Shown one piece after another: positions 63,345-64,000 of a stretch of DNA of 64,000 nt. Under the pieces are notes generated by a model. That model searched no databases and had not been told where the DNA came from. It saw only the letters and a list, made by a program, of their open reading frames with translations. Position 1 is the stretch's first letter. Every line of letters begins with the position of its first letter. Origin of the DNA: Balamuthia mandrillaris. Its lineage: Eukaryota. The translations under genes were made by a program, and so were the position numbers. The DNA lies in NCBI GenBank assembly GCA_031835245.2, contig JAVKOQ020000021.1:248001-312000 (forward strand), given 5' to 3'.

Positions 63345-63797
63345 ATGGACAGTCGACTGGAAGCTTTGGCGGCGATGCTGCCGGAGAGCGCCTTATTGCC
63401 GCTCAAAGAAGAGTTTCAGGACCTGCTGCGCACCTCGGAGGCCTGCAAGCAGGAGCTCCTGCAGCAGCAGGCGGAAGTGCAGGAGCTCTGGCAGTGCACC
63501 CTGGAGCTGAGAGCGGCCTTCCACAGGCAACGCTTGGAGATGATGCAGTTTCAGCACTCCCTGGACCTCGCCGCCAAGCAGCCGCGGAGGGGAAGCCTGG
63601 AGGACCCACACCCACGCAAAGAACCCGTCCTCGCCAAAAAGGGTGACGAGGAGCCCATTCTGCCCCCGCTGTCCTCTTTGTTTCTTGCCCCTCCCCCTGC
63701 AGAGGGGTTCGACTGTTTTCGCCCACCAAAGAGCTGCGACGAGAGAGTTTGCTTTCCGGCCTTGACACCATCCACACCCGCAACCTTTGCACGGTAA
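63345..63797 (+). CDS. Hypothetical coiled-coil protein; may continue by splicing beyond the window
   Basis: GC-rich ATG ORF with a heptad-like Q/E/L-rich segment and a possible GT donor at its end. Confidence 0.55.
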   Translation: MDSRLEALAAMLPESALLPLKEEFQDLLRTSEACKQELLQQQAEVQELWQCTLELRAAFHRQRLEMMQFQHSLDLAAKQPRRGSLEDPHPRKEPVLAKKGDEEPILPPLSSLFLAPPPAEGFDCFRPPKSCDERVCFPALTPSTPATFAR

Positions 63798-64000
63798 AGG
63801 AAGCGTTTCAAAAAGAAAGAAAACGCCAAAATGTACACACTGTAAAGAAGAATAAACCAAACCAACGCAAACGAAACTTGTTCTCTCCCTCTCCTTCTCC
63901 TTCGCTCAGACTCTCTCGGCCGTTTGGGAGCTCCCCTTGGGGAAAAAAAAGGTTTGGTGTAAAAAGATGAACAAACCCTTACACATTCTTTGCATTATTG

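Overview
Gene-dense, intron-rich eukaryotic DNA with short GT-AG introns full of microsatellites. The gene content (SgcA/sAC-type cyclase, TSET sigma-like subunit, Rab3GAP, tomosyn) suggests an amoebozoan-like protist; this is inference only. About 26 protein genes and one initiator tRNA-Met are supported. They include a sAC/SgcA-type cyclase, PDX1, RCHY1, a CAMK-group kinase, an ArsB/NhaD-type transporter, a homeobox gene, PDX2, an F-box gene, a secreted YDGGD[VI]R-repeat protein, a RasGEF, peptidase M50B, two intronless LRR genes plus a scrambled relic, RAB3GAP1, a CinA/FLAD1-type MPTb protein, tomosyn/Lgl, two DOMON genes, a TSPOON-like gene, a PhyH-like dioxygenase, a PARP6/8/16-like ART, a stand-alone MoeA and a D-lactate dehydrogenase. 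Three observations stand out. (1) An unusually long MoeA intron holds a ~460-nt highly base-paired RNA bracketed by box C and box D motifs, and box C overlaps a candidate 12-nt poison micro-exon. (2) The LRR array has diversity focused on the predicted ligand-binding face, repeat-cassette shuffling, and an Elongin BC/cullin-box-like plus Cys-rich tail, so it may encode variable E3-ligase receptors. (3) The secreted protein carries ~43 Tyr/Asp/Gly repeats. All exon boundaries and family calls were made by eye from motifs, without database searches.
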